Origin: Felis catus
Lineage: Eukaryota
Reading direction: 5' to 3'
Length of the DNA stretch: 64,000 nucleotides
NCBI RefSeq assembly: GCF_018350175.1
Contig: NC_058368.1
Span: 135,162,001-135,226,000 of the forward strand
The translations under genes and the position numbers were made by a program. Positions 61,981 to 64,000 of the stretch are shown in pieces. A model generated the notes under the pieces. It saw only the letters and a program-made list of their open reading frames with translations, did not search any database and was not told the DNA's origin. Every line of letters begins with the position of its first letter. The stretch's first letter is position 1.

Positions 61981-63434
61981 TCTATAAACATTACTGTTGT
62001 TGTTATTATTACCTCTGCTAAGGGAATCGTGAAGTCAGGAATCAAAATAAAAAAAAATAAGAAGAATATTATTAACAATGATAAAACTAGAATTTGAGTG
62101 TGAGTCTGGGCACTTTACTAATTGCTTTAAATACAGTAGTTCGTTCCAATCTCAATTCTATAGATAAGGAAACTGTTCCTTAGACAAGCTGAAAAATTGC
62201 CTTAAATGCTGTTAATGATTTTCCCGGAATATGAACCTAGGTATCTCAGACTCCAGAATTTACAGTTATTCTGAAGGAGACATTAATCATCTATAGATTA
62301 AGGAGAAATAAAGAAAAGGAAAAGGTTTAATTTTATGGGTGAGCTCCTTTACTCTTTTCCCAACTAAGAAAGGTGAAAGTCCACATTTTAGAGCAAAATG
62401 GCCAGTATCAATCATTTCACTTAGCCACGTCAGACTTTTATAATAAATGTTTTGGCTAAGTGTAAGGTCACTCAATGTCAGTTCAATACCCTTTAACAGG
62501 GAGCTAAAAGTCAATCCTGCCATCTTGAGATTTATCTCTGATGAACACTAAAATTGCTTGGTTTTCTATTGATTGAGCATTTGAGATACAAGAGCTCGAG
62601 AATTGGCTGCTATTTATTTGATGTGCCCCTGTATCCATTACACTTGGAGGAGTGTTAGCTGCTGTTTTAACACGTCTTGAAGCTTCCCAAATCTGTCTTT
62701 CATAATTGTGTGCAAAATGTCACTTGTTTGGAAAATGGAAGTAAATTGTGGGCTACTCTTTCCCTACAAGTGGATATTCAGAGATTTTATTAATGCAAGC
62801 TATTAGCCAGGTTAACTGTGCCTGTCCCATCTATAGGGGGATGAGGTGGGAGGTGGGCTATGGGTGAGGCATTCTTCTTAGAGGTTCTCAAAGCCCTCTC
62901 AAAAGGTTACATCTTCAGTCAGAAGGCTCACATGTTACAAAATATTGGAAGGGGGGGGGTGCCTTAAATTGTGAAATCTGTGAGGGATCTCATTTTTCTG
63001 GAACTCCCTGACATCTGAACCCGCATGCTGCTGGAAGGGTTCCAAGAGCACCATAAAATTAGGGCTGGTCCTGTCTGAACTGAGTCCAAATCATTTCAAA
63101 GTGACTCAAGGCTGGGAAATAAATATTGAACCTAGTTAAATGTTGCTTGAGATTATGCTTGGCACTGGGCATCCAGTCACTGATTTACTCTTTGGTTACA
63201 TGGGTTATTTTGAGCTCCGATGGATATGCCAGGGGAGATTCATTCAATGGCAGCAATTATTTGCAAGCACAGTTGCATTTCTGACACATTTAGCGGAATA
63301 TAATGTAAAGATTTATGAGATGGTATTGGGTGGGTGGAGAAGACATAAAAGTCTTTGGTTTCATGCTACTTGACATTCAGCTTTGCCCCAGTTCTTTTCT
63401 CCTGTTCCTTACCTTCCTTGGTAAACTTTGTTCT

Positions 63435-63552
63435 TTTCCTTTCTTTTCCTTTATTCATTTGTTCATTCATTCATTCTTTCTTTCTGCCTACCCCTCTTTC
63501 TTTCTTTCTCTCCTTCTCTCTTTTCTTTCCTTTTTTCTTCCTTTTGTTTTTC
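63435..63552. repeat. Pyrimidine-rich low-complexity tract ((TTCA)n/(CTTT)n)
   Basis: Visible TTCATTCA and TTTCTTTC units. Confidence 0.85.
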
Positions 63553-64000
63553 AGACATTACCTTATCTTAGGAACAGTAAGAAGTCAGAATCAGGGAAGT
63601 CAAAAGAAAGAGTTCTAATGATCCATATAACTTACCCCAGCCCTTTAAACTGCCAAAAAGTGTAGGGGTAGCTATCTGGAAAAGAAATATTTTAAATGGC
63701 CAGTTACATGTTTTAAAAAACAGACTTTAAAGCAAAGGTGCCCCTTAGCACACCTGCACCATGTACAGCCACCCACCTGCTGAGTTGACTTGTGGCATTT
63801 TCAGAAGGGAACTGTTGTCAGGTTTGGTACATCAGGGCCACAAATAGAAGTCCCTTGCAGTCCCAGCCCTCTGCCTTCCCTCCCTTCAGCAAAAGGAGGA
63901 CACTCCCCAGGGCTGGGCATGATCTTGCTGTGTGATCTGAGGCACTGGATGCTGTGTCCAGTCCCAGCCTGGCCAGGCACTGGAGCAGCCTGCGAGTCAG

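Noticed and set aside
1..64000. CRISPR arrays, tRNA/rRNA genes, prokaryotic or viral systems, multi-exon host CDS
   Set aside because: None seen. The tRNA-like A/B boxes belong to SINE heads, and no consistent exon chain or viral ORF was found by eye. A small host exon could still have been missed.

Overview
Mammalian genomic DNA, almost certainly from a felid, judging by abundant tRNA-derived CanSINEs of the SINEC_Fc type and carnivore L1. It is AT-rich, repeat-dense and intronic or intergenic in character, and I could not support any host protein-coding exon. The dominant feature is a full-length ~5.95 kb LINE-1 on the + strand (43575-49529). It has a YY1/CpG-island 5' UTR, uninterrupted ORF1 (297 aa) and ORF2 (1274 aa) with intact endonuclease, RT and Cys-rich motifs, a perfect 17-bp target-site duplication (TSD), and a split poly(A) tail that looks like a 13-nt 3' transduction. 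It is nested in the ORF1 of an ancient L1. Its 5' UTR carries an antisense ATG ORF (125 aa, strong Kozak context) followed by antisense splice donors, a layout reminiscent of primate L1 ORF0 and the antisense promoter. This is the most novel candidate here, but it is only an inference. The rest is about 28 CanSINEs (several nested, plus one site hit three times), old L1, L2, MIR, MaLR LTRs, hAT/Tigger MITEs and simple repeats, including a (TG)19(CG)8 Z-DNA-prone tract. Repeat family names are from recognition, not from a database search, and boundaries of old repeats are approximate.
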